DNA of 64,000 nt from a virus: positions 65,911 through 129,910 of the IMG/VR virus record IMGVR_UViG_3300028840_004168; one strand, 5' to 3'. Below, piece after piece: positions 1-9,693 of this stretch. Position 1 is the first letter of the stretch. The number at the start of each line of letters is the position of its first letter. Made by a program: the position numbers and the translations under genes. The notes under the pieces are model-generated. The model made no database searches, was not told where the DNA came from, and worked only from the letters and a program-made list of their open reading frames with translations.

Positions 1-1554
1 TATACCCTGCAGGAACAGTTCTTTCTCAGATTTGAACCGTTCTTTCTGAACGATATCAAGCTGTGCATCTGCCTTTTTCTGTCCTTCTTTAAGCTGTTTG
101 TTTTCTTTCATAATCACCTGAACCAATTCGCCCAATTCCTTTTTCTCATCGCTCAGCTTAGTGTTGGTATCTTCCATCGCTTTCAGCTTTGCTTCAAATG
201 ATTCTTCCAGCTTTTTGAGGTCATCTTTGGTGGCTGCAGGTTTTTGGGCTTTTTTCGTGCCTTTGTCTTTCATGTCATCTGCCTCCAATTTTTTCTTATC
301 ATCATCGGCATCCACGTCTCCGCTGTCGTCATCGCTGTCGTCAGCGTCAACGTCACCGTCATCCTGGTTGCCATCGTCATCTAAGTTCTTTGTTGAGTCG
401 TCATCCTGGTTGTTGTCGTCCTGGTTGTTGTCATCCTGGTTGTTGTCGTCCTGGTTAGTGCCGTCATCATCATCGGCTGATTCTTTTATTTCATTAAACC
501 TAAATGAATCAATTTCAAAGTCATCTCCACTTTTGAGATCGTCAATTATATCTTCACTTAAAGCTACAGGCTGAAGATTCGGAACGAATGGACGATTGGT
601 GAAGCCACCACTAATTAAAGTAGGCCCATGCTCTTTATCCGCTTCTTTGTCCTTGTAGTTTTCAGTGTATTCGGCGCTGAAGTATCTATACTTCTTGCCT
701 TTGATAGCCTTGACACCGTCCTCAGTGGGATGGATTACAGCGCAAAGAATGCTTACGCCATCACGCTCACGCAAAAGCAGCTTGTCTACCCAGGCCGAAG
801 CGCCTATATCTGGATTGTGGGTAAAGTCAAAACTGATCTCACGCCCCAATACCTCATTGTCGAAATTTCTGACCATGTTTTCAAGCTTCTCTTTGGTAAT
901 CTCTAACTTACCATATACAGGATGCTTGAAAGTCCCTGTGCGCAGAATCTCAATGGTCATCGGCTTTGATGTTAGCGCAACAGGCTTGTCTCCTTCCGAC
1001 AATTTGACAAACGTTAAGTATTTACCAACATGTTTCATTTTGTATAGTACCTCCAGATTTTCTAATTTTTTCTTGCATTGCCGATTGTAAATGTTTTGTG
1101 CTTTCGTTAATACGCCAGGATACTTGCTTGAAAGATCCGAGCCTGTTCTTGCACCCTTAACTGCACGTATAGCCGTTACTACCGCTGTACAATTAATTGA
1201 GCCATCACTGTTTTTGTAGGGAAACTTTTTGATCTTGCCTTTTCCTGTTTCTGAACTTTTAACATAAAGGAAATGTGAATCTGGAACGTCTTTGCGAGCT
1301 GTAGGGGCTGTCCACTTTTCAGCCATCTCTAAATCCTCAAACTCAAGATGCTCAGCCACATATTCCTCTACATCTCTTACAAGGTGAAACTCTGCCTCAA
1401 ATTCTTTTTCGTCAAGGCTATTCTCTTTTGCCGCCTCTTTTACCGTCTTACCATGCCTGTGGTAATAAGAGATAGCGCAGACTTCAGCAGCTTCTTCAGG
1501 AAGCTTGCCTTGTTCTATCAAGTTAGCCTTGCACTTTAAATATTCTTTTGGCAT
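1..1554 (-). CDS. Mu gpI-like prohead protease/scaffold, 5' complete, runs off left edge (>=518 aa); missed by ORF track
   Basis: Hand translation: ATG 1554 with GGAGG SD, open to position 1. Contains EILRTGTFKHPVYG...FDFTHNP...YRYFSAEY...GPTLISGGFTNRPF (Mu-like protease motifs), then acidic linker and coiled coil. The + strand ORFs here are shadows. Confidence 0.8.
   Translation of the reverse strand, partial: MPKEYLKCKANLIEQGKLPEEAAEVCAISYYHRHGKTVKEAAKENSLDEKEFEAEFHLVRDVEEYVAEHLEFEDLEMAEKWTAPTARKDVPDSHFLYVKSSETGKGKIKKFPYKNSDGSINCTAVVTAIRAVKGARTGSDLSSKYPGVLTKAQNIYNRQCKKKLENLEVLYKMKHVGKYLTFVKLSEGDKPVALTSKPMTIEILRTGTFKHPVYGKLEITKEKLENMVRNFDNEVLGREISFDFTHNPDIGASAWVDKLLLRERDGVSILCAVIHPTEDGVKAIKGKKYRYFSAEYTENYKDKEADKEHGPTLISGGFTNRPFVPNLQPVALSEDIIDDLKSGDDFEIDSFRFNEIKESADDDDGTNQDDNNQDDNNQDDNNQDDDSTKNLDDDGNQDDGDVDADDSDDDSGDVDADDDKKKLEADDMKDKGTKKAQKPAATKDDLKKLEESFEAKLKAMEDTNTKLSDEKKELGELVQVIMKENKQLKEGQKKADAQLDIVQKERFKSEKELFLQGI
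404..456. repeat. 15-bp tandem repeat x3.5 encoding (DDNNQ)n in protease-scaffold linker
   Basis: tcctggttgttgtc(g/a) at 404, 419, 434 and partial at 449. Confidence 0.9.
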
Positions 1555-1649
1555 GACTGAAAACCTCCAACAATGTAACGTGCTTAATGACAATTATAAA
1601 TTAAAATATACATTAAGCAAGAAAAAAATTATGAAATTCAATATTTTTT

Positions 1650-2240
1650 TTACCCTTTAACCTCCATCCCATTTAGCCAATCGTTTATAGTTTTGGCAAC
1701 TACCATTAAAAGCTTGTTATAATTGTCATCGTATGAAAATAGTTTATATTCTTCATAATTGCTCAAGAAGAACAACTCTATCAATACGGCAGGTTTTTCA
1801 ATGACGTTTAGAAGATAAAGGTTGTTGCGCTTAACTATCCCTCTGTATTTAAAATCAGGGAAGTAAAGCTCGAAGTTGAATGAGAACAAATTACAGAAGC
1901 CCAAAGAGTTCTCATTCTTATATAATATCTCTGTTCCATTAACGTTTACATCATGAAATGAATTAAGATGTATCTCTATAAATATTTCAAAATCATCCAT
2001 GTGCTCAACAGATTCAGCCTTCATAAATAACGAGCTATTGCTGCCTATCAGCTTGCTTGGGTCATTCATATCCATCAAAATAATTTCAGTATCTGGAAGT
2101 ATTAAGTCTCTTTCTATCATCATATAACGCAGGTCGTGAATAAACCTGCTGGCATAGTCATGCTCATGAACATCTGCTACAGCGCTATATGCGCCTTTAA
2201 ACTTGATGTCGTGCCCTGCGCTGATAATTACTTTTCTCAT
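1650..2240 (-). CDS. N-acetylmuramoyl-L-alanine amidase (Amidase_3), endolysin candidate
   Basis: VIISAGH...HEH...IEIHLNS...GTEILY...PAVLIELFFLSN zinc amidase motifs. Confidence 0.85.
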   Translation of the reverse strand: MRKVIISAGHDIKFKGAYSAVADVHEHDYASRFIHDLRYMMIERDLILPDTEIILMDMNDPSKLIGSNSSLFMKAESVEHMDDFEIFIEIHLNSFHDVNVNGTEILYKNENSLGFCNLFSFNFELYFPDFKYRGIVKRNNLYLLNVIEKPAVLIELFFLSNYEEYKLFSYDDNYNKLLMVVAKTINDWLNGMEVKG

Positions 2241-2761
2241 TATCTTGCTCCTGCAACTATATCAAGCTCCATGTCTGACGGCATAAACTTGACAAATAAC
2301 CTTGCATATAAAGCGCCTCCTGCCATTATTTCCTGTGCAGGAGACATGAACTTCCCTGCTGCTGTTCGCCTGTAATAACCAGCGCTAAAGCTGATATCCC
2401 TGTGAGTGCTTAAAATGGAAGTCGCATCGTTAGCGTAATACAGGACAGGAACTATAGTAGCTGCACCATTGCTGTGAGAAAACTCAACTCCTACATGCAG
2501 CATCGTCTTATCGCCTATATATATAAAAGGATGTGTAAGAAGGTTGTCATAATCAGACAGATCTTGCTCTGTATCCATCGCCGTTACGCCACTACGATAA
2601 TAAACTGCAGTGCTGTCCAGCTTAATGGATGCAGGAACAAAAAGCTGCATGATGTATTCAGTTGGAGATGCATCTTGCTTTGTGTTATCTATAGAAGGAA
2701 CTCCAGCTATCCTTGCTTGCACATCTAAAGGAGTGTCTACCTTTATACCTTTGACTGTCAT
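2240..2761 (-). CDS. Putative virion protein, paralog of 2777..3421
   Basis: Long ORF coupled to neighbours in structural block; shares F(I/V)Y(I/V)GDK and (I/T)PVLY motifs with adjacent gene. Confidence 0.55.
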   Translation of the reverse strand: MTVKGIKVDTPLDVQARIAGVPSIDNTKQDASPTEYIMQLFVPASIKLDSTAVYYRSGVTAMDTEQDLSDYDNLLTHPFIYIGDKTMLHVGVEFSHSNGAATIVPVLYYANDATSILSTHRDISFSAGYYRRTAAGKFMSPAQEIMAGGALYARLFVKFMPSDMELDIVAGAR

Positions 2762-2776
2762 GATCTAATGCCTCCG

Positions 2777-3421
2777 TCAAATAGCCCCCAGGTAAATAAT
2801 ACCTGTGTCTAAGTTGGTTATATATCCAGGTTTAGAGCCGCCATCGTCATTTCTTTGGTCTACATATCTGCAAAGCATTTTAACATCTGTAGCGGCTCCA
2901 ATAATACGTGTATATATCCTGCTGATATAGAAATCATTATTACGCTTCCATATTCTATTTCCAAAATTTCCAGCTATAGATCCTCCACCTATGCTCATAT
3001 CCATATTTATAGGAGAAACAGTAGACAAGAGCACATCAGAATTGCCGCCATAAAGCACAGGAGTAAAGGTAAACTTATCTTTGCGATGCTCTATATCATC
3101 CATGCTGATGAACTTACAAGCAAACGCAAAGACTAAAATATTCTTATCTCCTACATAAAATTTAGGCCTGGAGCTATAACTTTCAATATCATCACTTCTG
3201 TCATTAGGAAACGTATTGGTATTATCATACAGATAAGGAGACAATATAAAATCAGAAGTAAGAGTAGGAAGCACCACCCTGAGAGTTTCTATATAACTAT
3301 CTGAAGGCACTGCAGGATCAAGAAGCGCCTCTACAGAATCAGTCCCAGCAATAGTAGCGTAGGTAGGGATGTCCCCATAGGCAAATTTTCTAAATGTCGA
3401 TATGCCTACTTTGTCTGTCAT
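2777..3421 (-). CDS. Putative virion protein, paralog of 2240..2761
   Basis: As above; beta-rich composition. Confidence 0.55.
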   Translation of the reverse strand: MTDKVGISTFRKFAYGDIPTYATIAGTDSVEALLDPAVPSDSYIETLRVVLPTLTSDFILSPYLYDNTNTFPNDRSDDIESYSSRPKFYVGDKNILVFAFACKFISMDDIEHRKDKFTFTPVLYGGNSDVLLSTVSPINMDMSIGGGSIAGNFGNRIWKRNNDFYISRIYTRIIGAATDVKMLCRYVDQRNDDGGSKPGYITNLDTGIIYLGAI

Positions 3422-6400
3422 AGACCTACTCCTAGCCCATCCATCTGCTCTACTGTAGGCTTGATGTTGTTAAACTTCTCCAAATACGGCCTGAACACAT
3501 CATACCTGGAATAAGCTTGTGACTCATTAGTAAACTGGTTTTCAATATTAAGGTATGCCAAGCCGCCCATGAAGCATCTGTTATTGTTGGCAGGATCGCT
3601 AATGGGATCATTGTATCCGTAATGACCGCCAAAGCTCATAGTCGTATTAGCCCAGTTAGACGGAAGCTCAAAGTTTTTGCTTTCGCCTCCAGGCCACCAC
3701 CACACTATATCGTAACCTATGGATGTTATCGTTGCTGGAAGGACTACTGCCATTACAGTGCTCCACCATTCCTGCTCAGGAATAATCCACTTCCCATTCA
3801 CATACATCGAAGGAACTCCTTTGCAGAACCGAGCATCCCAATTGGGAGCCCTGGAGCTAAAAGCAAACATTATATGATGCCAGAGATTAGATTCAAAAGA
3901 TTTAGTAGCGCCTAGAAATACTTTATACCTGTCAGCCATACGCCTGTAAAATGCTATCGCACCACGAGAAGCCATTATGCCCCAGCATGAATTCAATGGA
4001 TCTTCGCTATCTGCAACCTCAACAAGCCTTGCGCCTTTCTCCCAATTATCTGCTATAGTGTTTATATTCACAATCATCTCTATCGTAACATTTCCATCTA
4101 TAGCCCTGTAAACGTCATATGTATAAGGCTTTTCAGCAAAAGAAAACATAGAACGGTTATCGCTCGTGCCGCATGACAGATCGCCTCCTACACTATCGCT
4201 GTCTCTTTTGCACATTTCTAAATTATCACTTCTATCCCAATTATCTCCGCTTTCTATGTCATAGTAATAATTTCCAGGCGATATCTCTCCATACTGCGTG
4301 GGCAGCCATTCTACGCAAGGGCCGATAGGAGACTGACCAAACCTGTGTTTTGCAGCATCAGTCTCTTCATTCATGCGAGCTTTGTATCCAAAGTAATAAG
4401 ACATATTAGGATAGAGGGCGATCAAGTTAGCAAACTTATTTACCAGCGGAACGAACTGCGCCATGCTAGGTGGATAATTATTATTTAACATTGGCAGGTA
4501 ATAATTATGATCTCTGTTTCTCATTATTTGATCATCTGGCGTAGAAGCATAATCGTCTACTATTTCAACCACCCTGTCATCTATCCCAAACATATGGAAA
4601 GAAAAATGATGCAATGCTACATTCGCTTTGCTTGTGTATTCTACAGTCGGGCCGCCTGAAAACAAGGTTAGCCCAGGCCATCTCCAGTAATCTATCTCAG
4701 GAGAAAAATAAAACGGCCCTGTTCCCCAATAGAATATGAAATTCTCATTGCTTTCTCTAAAGAATAATTTGCCATTGACATATACTTCTATAGTCCTGGT
4801 ATCGCTTTTATAATTAAGCGTTATATCCAGCAATGGAAAGTCCACATCTTTGCTGTGCGAAGCTGTCTTGACATTGTATATGCGCCCTAGCTCAAGAGAA
4901 TATACAATACTATCGCCAAGCTCAGTGCTGGAATATCTGAACTTCAGATCTACTGCATTATCATCTCCTGGAACATCAGCTATGCCAAAGCTCCACGATC
5001 CTTCACCTGCTATAAAAACAGAATTGGAAACTAAATATCCGAATGTAGGATCAGGAGCTGCAAGCGCACCTGCTTCATTAGGGATTATATTGCCAAGAAC
5101 TTTGACAACGACATTCAATGAAAAATCTGACAAAGCAGGATCTTTAGTTAATTTATATTCTCCTGTATGATGAAGAGACAGCAATGAATCACCATAAGAG
5201 CCATAAGGACTTGCTGCAAAGTTTCTTGCAATAGTGCCATACACAGTGTTAAACATATTTGTCTTTTGAGGATCATATTGATCAAAATCTTCCCATTCAA
5301 ATCTCGGTATATCGTCAAGCTCAAGAAGAGAATCTATGCCAGACTGATAATTTTTATTAGAAAGATTTGTAATTCGGTCTACAGCTGTAATAGTCCCACT
5401 ATATTCCCTTTCCATCTGCTTGTTCACCTCTCCCATAGGAAGATCGAACAGGCAACTGTCTCCTGTAAATGTCATCTTAGGATACATGTGCCGTCTTTGG
5501 ACTGTATGATAATAATTTTTATTATGAGCTCCATTAGCCTTCATAGCAACATACCTGATCTCTTCTTCGTTTAAAGGCCAGGGAGTGAATCTTAATTCGC
5601 TCATCCATCCATGCAGGTTTTCTATCATCAGCCTTTGAACTGGAGCCTGTGCATAATCATCATACCTATAAAAAATTTGAGGATTAGGTATATTATGACC
5701 ACCAGCAAGCAATACTTCATATGCGTTATACTCAGCCACTTTCTGACCATTCATATAAAACTTTGCATCCTGACCATCCCATATCATAGCAAGATATATT
5801 CCGATATCCCTTGAAGACGCAGAATAAGGCTCCTGGTAGGCAGGGAGCCATTGGTTAATCTCTCTACCAGTATCTGCTATAGGATCATAAAAAGAAATCG
5901 TTGCCATTATTGCAGTTCGCACATAATCTTCAGACACATAATCTTTTCTAACCTGGAACCGCCAGGGTTTAGGAACGCCTGCATATATATCTCTGGAAAC
6001 AAGATGATTAAATACTGAGCCCCCTCCTGACTCTGCTGGCTTATCCTCATTACGATCAAACGACACTATAAACTCTATAGTAAATTGCTGTCTGTCAAAA
6101 TACCTCTCTGTCTCCTGAAGAGCATTATCTCTTAAATCTATAACAGCCCTTCCCATGCCTCCATCAGTATGCATATACGCTGCCCATGATGATATATCAG
6201 CATTTCTGAGACTGCTGCCTATAACTCCGATTTCATTCTGTATGCTGAATTTATAATCATGAGTATAGTCTTTGACAAAGTTAGAGCCGCCATTAGACAT
6301 GCTGCCGCCAAAATTAAAATGGACATCTCCATAAGATTGCAAAGCAAACAATTGATCTATAGTCACAGTGCTTGGCATGTCCACTACAAGAAGAGCCTGA

Positions 6401-7254
6401 GTGTCAGAAACTATCTGAACGTTTAATATCCTTCCCTCTACAAGTTCGTTATTATCAGTATCATATCCAAACAAGCTAATGCCTTTGTTTATAACAAAGA
6501 CCTGCACGTCTGTTATCTTCCATTCAGCATCTACTCCATTATTTGTTATTTCAAGCACAGGATAGTAATCTTCATTATAAGGAATAATATCTTGGAAAAA
6601 ATATTCTTCGTAGTAAACCCAGTCAGGAGAAGGAGATTCAGGAGCTATAACTGTATTAAACATATCGCCAAGCTCATCCCATCCTACTGAATCATCTACT
6701 CCATACATGCGCACCAGGACTTCACCATCTATAACTTTTATCCAATACCTAAGCATATAATAATTTCTATAAGTGAAAGATATCCAATCACTCCACATGC
6801 CTCTCTTTTCACCTGGCACTACGTCTGGAACATCTACGTTAAAATAGCCGCCACAAGTAATTCCAGGGGGGAGATCAGTTGTGATCTGATTACTTGTGTC
6901 TGTAGTTATGTCCATATTATAGTCTTCATATTCATCAGGCAAGAATACATCAGTGCTAGTAGCATCCAGCTGCCACCAGGGGTAACAAAACTGAGGATCT
7001 TCAAACGTCCAGCCGTATGTGCCAGTAGTAGCCTGAAACTCGGCCTGCATCCACTCTACATCGCTTGTAGAATCTATATTGATAGGTATATACTGGATAT
7101 TGCTGTTTGCCAATGCAAAGGAGTCGCCAACTATATCCAGCTTGATAAAATCCATCTTAGGCTTGAGCAACGTATTCCTAAATGGTGGATTAAACTGCCG
7201 CCAGGGATTATCATGGCTATGAAACATAAATCTTTTAAATTCAAAAGAATTCAT
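3418..7254 (-). CDS. Large LamG/concanavalin-like repeat protein (putative tail fibre/receptor-binding or decoration protein)
   Basis: Three LamG-like segments (FTIEFIV...WDGQDAKFYMNG...MSELRF; FSLNVVV...IEVYVNG; VTIEMIV...WHHIMF...MYVNG...FMGGL) plus CBM-like N-terminal region. Confidence 0.7.
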   Translation of the reverse strand: MNSFEFKRFMFHSHDNPWRQFNPPFRNTLLKPKMDFIKLDIVGDSFALANSNIQYIPINIDSTSDVEWMQAEFQATTGTYGWTFEDPQFCYPWWQLDATSTDVFLPDEYEDYNMDITTDTSNQITTDLPPGITCGGYFNVDVPDVVPGEKRGMWSDWISFTYRNYYMLRYWIKVIDGEVLVRMYGVDDSVGWDELGDMFNTVIAPESPSPDWVYYEEYFFQDIIPYNEDYYPVLEITNNGVDAEWKITDVQVFVINKGISLFGYDTDNNELVEGRILNVQIVSDTQALLVVDMPSTVTIDQLFALQSYGDVHFNFGGSMSNGGSNFVKDYTHDYKFSIQNEIGVIGSSLRNADISSWAAYMHTDGGMGRAVIDLRDNALQETERYFDRQQFTIEFIVSFDRNEDKPAESGGGSVFNHLVSRDIYAGVPKPWRFQVRKDYVSEDYVRTAIMATISFYDPIADTGREINQWLPAYQEPYSASSRDIGIYLAMIWDGQDAKFYMNGQKVAEYNAYEVLLAGGHNIPNPQIFYRYDDYAQAPVQRLMIENLHGWMSELRFTPWPLNEEEIRYVAMKANGAHNKNYYHTVQRRHMYPKMTFTGDSCLFDLPMGEVNKQMEREYSGTITAVDRITNLSNKNYQSGIDSLLELDDIPRFEWEDFDQYDPQKTNMFNTVYGTIARNFAASPYGSYGDSLLSLHHTGEYKLTKDPALSDFSLNVVVKVLGNIIPNEAGALAAPDPTFGYLVSNSVFIAGEGSWSFGIADVPGDDNAVDLKFRYSSTELGDSIVYSLELGRIYNVKTASHSKDVDFPLLDITLNYKSDTRTIEVYVNGKLFFRESNENFIFYWGTGPFYFSPEIDYWRWPGLTLFSGGPTVEYTSKANVALHHFSFHMFGIDDRVVEIVDDYASTPDDQIMRNRDHNYYLPMLNNNYPPSMAQFVPLVNKFANLIALYPNMSYYFGYKARMNEETDAAKHRFGQSPIGPCVEWLPTQYGEISPGNYYYDIESGDNWDRSDNLEMCKRDSDSVGGDLSCGTSDNRSMFSFAEKPYTYDVYRAIDGNVTIEMIVNINTIADNWEKGARLVEVADSEDPLNSCWGIMASRGAIAFYRRMADRYKVFLGATKSFESNLWHHIMFAFSSRAPNWDARFCKGVPSMYVNGKWIIPEQEWWSTVMAVVLPATITSIGYDIVWWWPGGESKNFELPSNWANTTMSFGGHYGYNDPISDPANNNRCFMGGLAYLNIENQFTNESQAYSRYDVFRPYLEKFNNIKPTVEQMDGLGVGL

Positions 7255-7763
7255 CAGCTAACTTTCCTATCGACATTGCGCTTCTTCAGCGTCTTGGCTA
7301 TATCACGCAACAGCTCGTTGCTTTCTTCCATCATCCTTGCAAGCCTCTCAGTTTTTTGCGCTGTTATATCTATCTCTCTTTTGTTCTCTAAGGCAAATTG
7401 AATCATAGCTTTCAGCTCTACAGGATCAAAAGGCTTATTAATAAACCTATATACCTCTCCGTTGTTTATAGCCCTGACAGCCTCATCATATCCTGCCTTT
7501 CCAGTAAGCATAAATCTTATTGTCTCTGGATAGGCATCTTTCACTATCTTAAAAAATTCAACTCCATCCATCTGAGGCATAGAATAATCAGCTATGATCA
7601 GATCTATAGCATTATTCTCAAGCAATTTTAATCCTTCTACGGCATTTATTGCAGTATAGACTTCATATGATTCATACTCTAATAAATGTTGCAGAACTCT
7701 TAAAACAGCTTTGTCATCATCGATTACAAGAATAGATAACTTTCTGTTTTGCACTACTTCCAT
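7254..7763 (-). CDS. CheY-like response regulator receiver protein with C-terminal coiled coil
   Basis: ILVIDDD, phospho-acceptor IIADYSMP, MLTG, INKP all intact. Confidence 0.9.
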   Translation of the reverse strand: MEVVQNRKLSILVIDDDKAVLRVLQHLLEYESYEVYTAINAVEGLKLLENNAIDLIIADYSMPQMDGVEFFKIVKDAYPETIRFMLTGKAGYDEAVRAINNGEVYRFINKPFDPVELKAMIQFALENKREIDITAQKTERLARMMEESNELLRDIAKTLKKRNVDRKVS

Positions 7764-7772
7764 TTTATTCTC

Positions 7773-8219
7773 CTAATCTGATTTCCTTAGTTCCTGAGCT
7801 ATTATTTTTAAATAAGTAGTAGCTTGGCTTTGCATCTTAATAAGCTCTTCTACCTGTCTCAGCCATGATCTCGGCATAAACCACTTAGGGCTGCCGTCTT
7901 CGTCATATTTGTCATGCATGTCAAACATAACATCAGTCTTGCGTTTACACTCTGCAGTATCTGCGCACAAAGACTCCATCTTTTTGTTAAGACCATTCAT
8001 AATAACAGTCAACGCTTTAATAGTTTCAGTCATATTATTTACATTAGAATTCATCTGTCCTGTAGCCTCAACTACTATTTTTAAATCTCCGTTCTTTGGC
8101 GCTTCTGGCTCTTTTTTAAGATAAGCCCAAACTATATCTCCCAAAATCTTCATGGATACGCCAATAAGCCCTGCGCCAATCAGGTGCAGCACTCCAAAAC
8201 TTGAAACATCAGCCGCCAT
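7773..8219 (-). CDS. Holin-like membrane protein (N-terminal TM + coiled coil)
   Basis: Hydrophobic N-terminus LHLIGAGLIGVSMKILGDIVW; position among lysis-type enzymes. Confidence 0.45.
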   Translation of the reverse strand: MAADVSSFGVLHLIGAGLIGVSMKILGDIVWAYLKKEPEAPKNGDLKIVVEATGQMNSNVNNMTETIKALTVIMNGLNKKMESLCADTAECKRKTDVMFDMHDKYDEDGSPKWFMPRSWLRQVEELIKMQSQATTYLKIIAQELRKSD

Positions 8220-8228
8220 AACAATCTC

Positions 8229-8837
8229 CTAAGCCACTGTGTCTATCATAATTTCAAATGTATCATCTATTTTAGCACGCCGATAGATATCATTCGGAGA
8301 CACAAGATTAAAGTCATTATCTTTTTCATATTGAGAAAGATCGAAACGCTTATCTACTTTGGCTAACGCCCTTGCGATAACCTCAGAACACAGAACACGA
8401 TAGTTAGAGGCAAATACATTCTTAATAGTTATGCCAAACCATTTCAATATGTAATAGAGCCCGAAACCTATAAGGCCGCCATAGTCATATCCATGACCTA
8501 TATACCCAGTAAGGCTTTTAATAAATTTTTCAACCTGCCTTTCATTTTTAAAGTCTGGACGTATAAGACAGCACTGATGATCGCTGTCAATGTATTTAAA
8601 TATCGCATCTTCAATCACTCCGTCTGCGCTGGCTTCAATAATATAAATAGGATCTTTAGCTGCTACAGTGTGCGAGAACGGCCCATCGTCAAACCATCCT
8701 ATAAGCTCAGACACAGGATTGCCAGATATAACCAGCATTATGTCGCCACGTTTAATGTTTCTTAAAATATATTTTACATCGTCATCTGTCATATCGTATG
8801 CTGCCTGTATGTGTTTAAAATGCCCCATGCCTTCCAT
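8229..8837 (-). CDS. Permuted papain-like amidase (YiiX/YebB-like NlpC/P60, C92)
   Basis: RGDIML...FSHT...IIEA...GYDY...LCSEVI with His before Cys. Confidence 0.8.
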   Translation of the reverse strand: MEGMGHFKHIQAAYDMTDDDVKYILRNIKRGDIMLVISGNPVSELIGWFDDGPFSHTVAAKDPIYIIEASADGVIEDAIFKYIDSDHQCCLIRPDFKNERQVEKFIKSLTGYIGHGYDYGGLIGFGLYYILKWFGITIKNVFASNYRVLCSEVIARALAKVDKRFDLSQYEKDNDFNLVSPNDIYRRAKIDDTFEIMIDTVA

Positions 8838-9685
8838 GCTGTCTGAGATACATTCGAAGCTATTATCCTCATAAAATATCCTGGTGGAAGCATCTCTGCA
8901 TCATCAGAATCAAGGTAGTTATAAGTATAGCTTGTTCCATAGACAAGTATCTCATTGGCAAATTCAAACACCGTATGTTCGATATCATAAAGATCATAAC
9001 CGCCAGTAGCATCTGCACAGAAAGAAAGCTGGTTGTTTACCAAGTTCCAGTAGCCAGTGCTGGTGAAATTAGGCACAGGATAAGTAGCTGCGGTAAACAC
9101 TTTAGAGCCAGGAATACTGTAAACTATGCGATGATCTCCTAGCACAGATAAGAAGCCAGCAGTAGAATCAGCAAGAACGCTGGGTTGCGCTATCACATGA
9201 AAACTGATACTATCTCCCCATCCTGCATCTTCAAAAGCAAAATAACCATCACGTATATATATGTATGGATCTATGAAGTGGATGTCTCTTACCAGCTCAG
9301 ATGTGGTAGCGTCCAGTGCCAGCATAAACTTATCGCCTTCGCCACGCTTCATCTCAACATGATCATCGCCTGCGCTGCTGAAATAGGTATAATAGCCAAT
9401 AGGCCTGCGTGTAGCCAGCGCCATAAGCTTTTTATCAGCAGTCTTAGAGAACTTCTGCTGGTAATTTCTTATCCAGTCTATACCATCACCAATTGAAAGA
9501 TCGCTTGTGCCGTCATTGACTGTGAATGTTTGATTGCTTATAAGCACCACCAGATCTTCAGAATTAGCCAAAGAAGCAGGGCTCTCAGTGCTGACATCCC
9601 TCTGCCCATTGGCAGGAACTACCATGCCGCCTAGATCATCAATAGACACATCTTTGTCTGTATTATTTTTTAATATCTTAGCCAT
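8789..9685 (-). CDS. Putative virion structural protein
   Basis: N-terminal ILKNNTDKDVSIDDLG...SEDL domain typical of phage virion proteins; structural context. Confidence 0.55.
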   Translation of the reverse strand: MAKILKNNTDKDVSIDDLGGMVVPANGQRDVSTESPASLANSEDLVVLISNQTFTVNDGTSDLSIGDGIDWIRNYQQKFSKTADKKLMALATRRPIGYYTYFSSAGDDHVEMKRGEGDKFMLALDATTSELVRDIHFIDPYIYIRDGYFAFEDAGWGDSISFHVIAQPSVLADSTAGFLSVLGDHRIVYSIPGSKVFTAATYPVPNFTSTGYWNLVNNQLSFCADATGGYDLYDIEHTVFEFANEILVYGTSYTYNYLDSDDAEMLPPGYFMRIIASNVSQTAWKAWGILNTYRQHTI

Positions 9686-9693
9686 ATATCACC

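Noticed and set aside
161-1539. Plus-strand ORFs 161..574, 628..906, 665..1090, 1348..1539
   Set aside because: Antisense shadows of the protease/scaffold gene.
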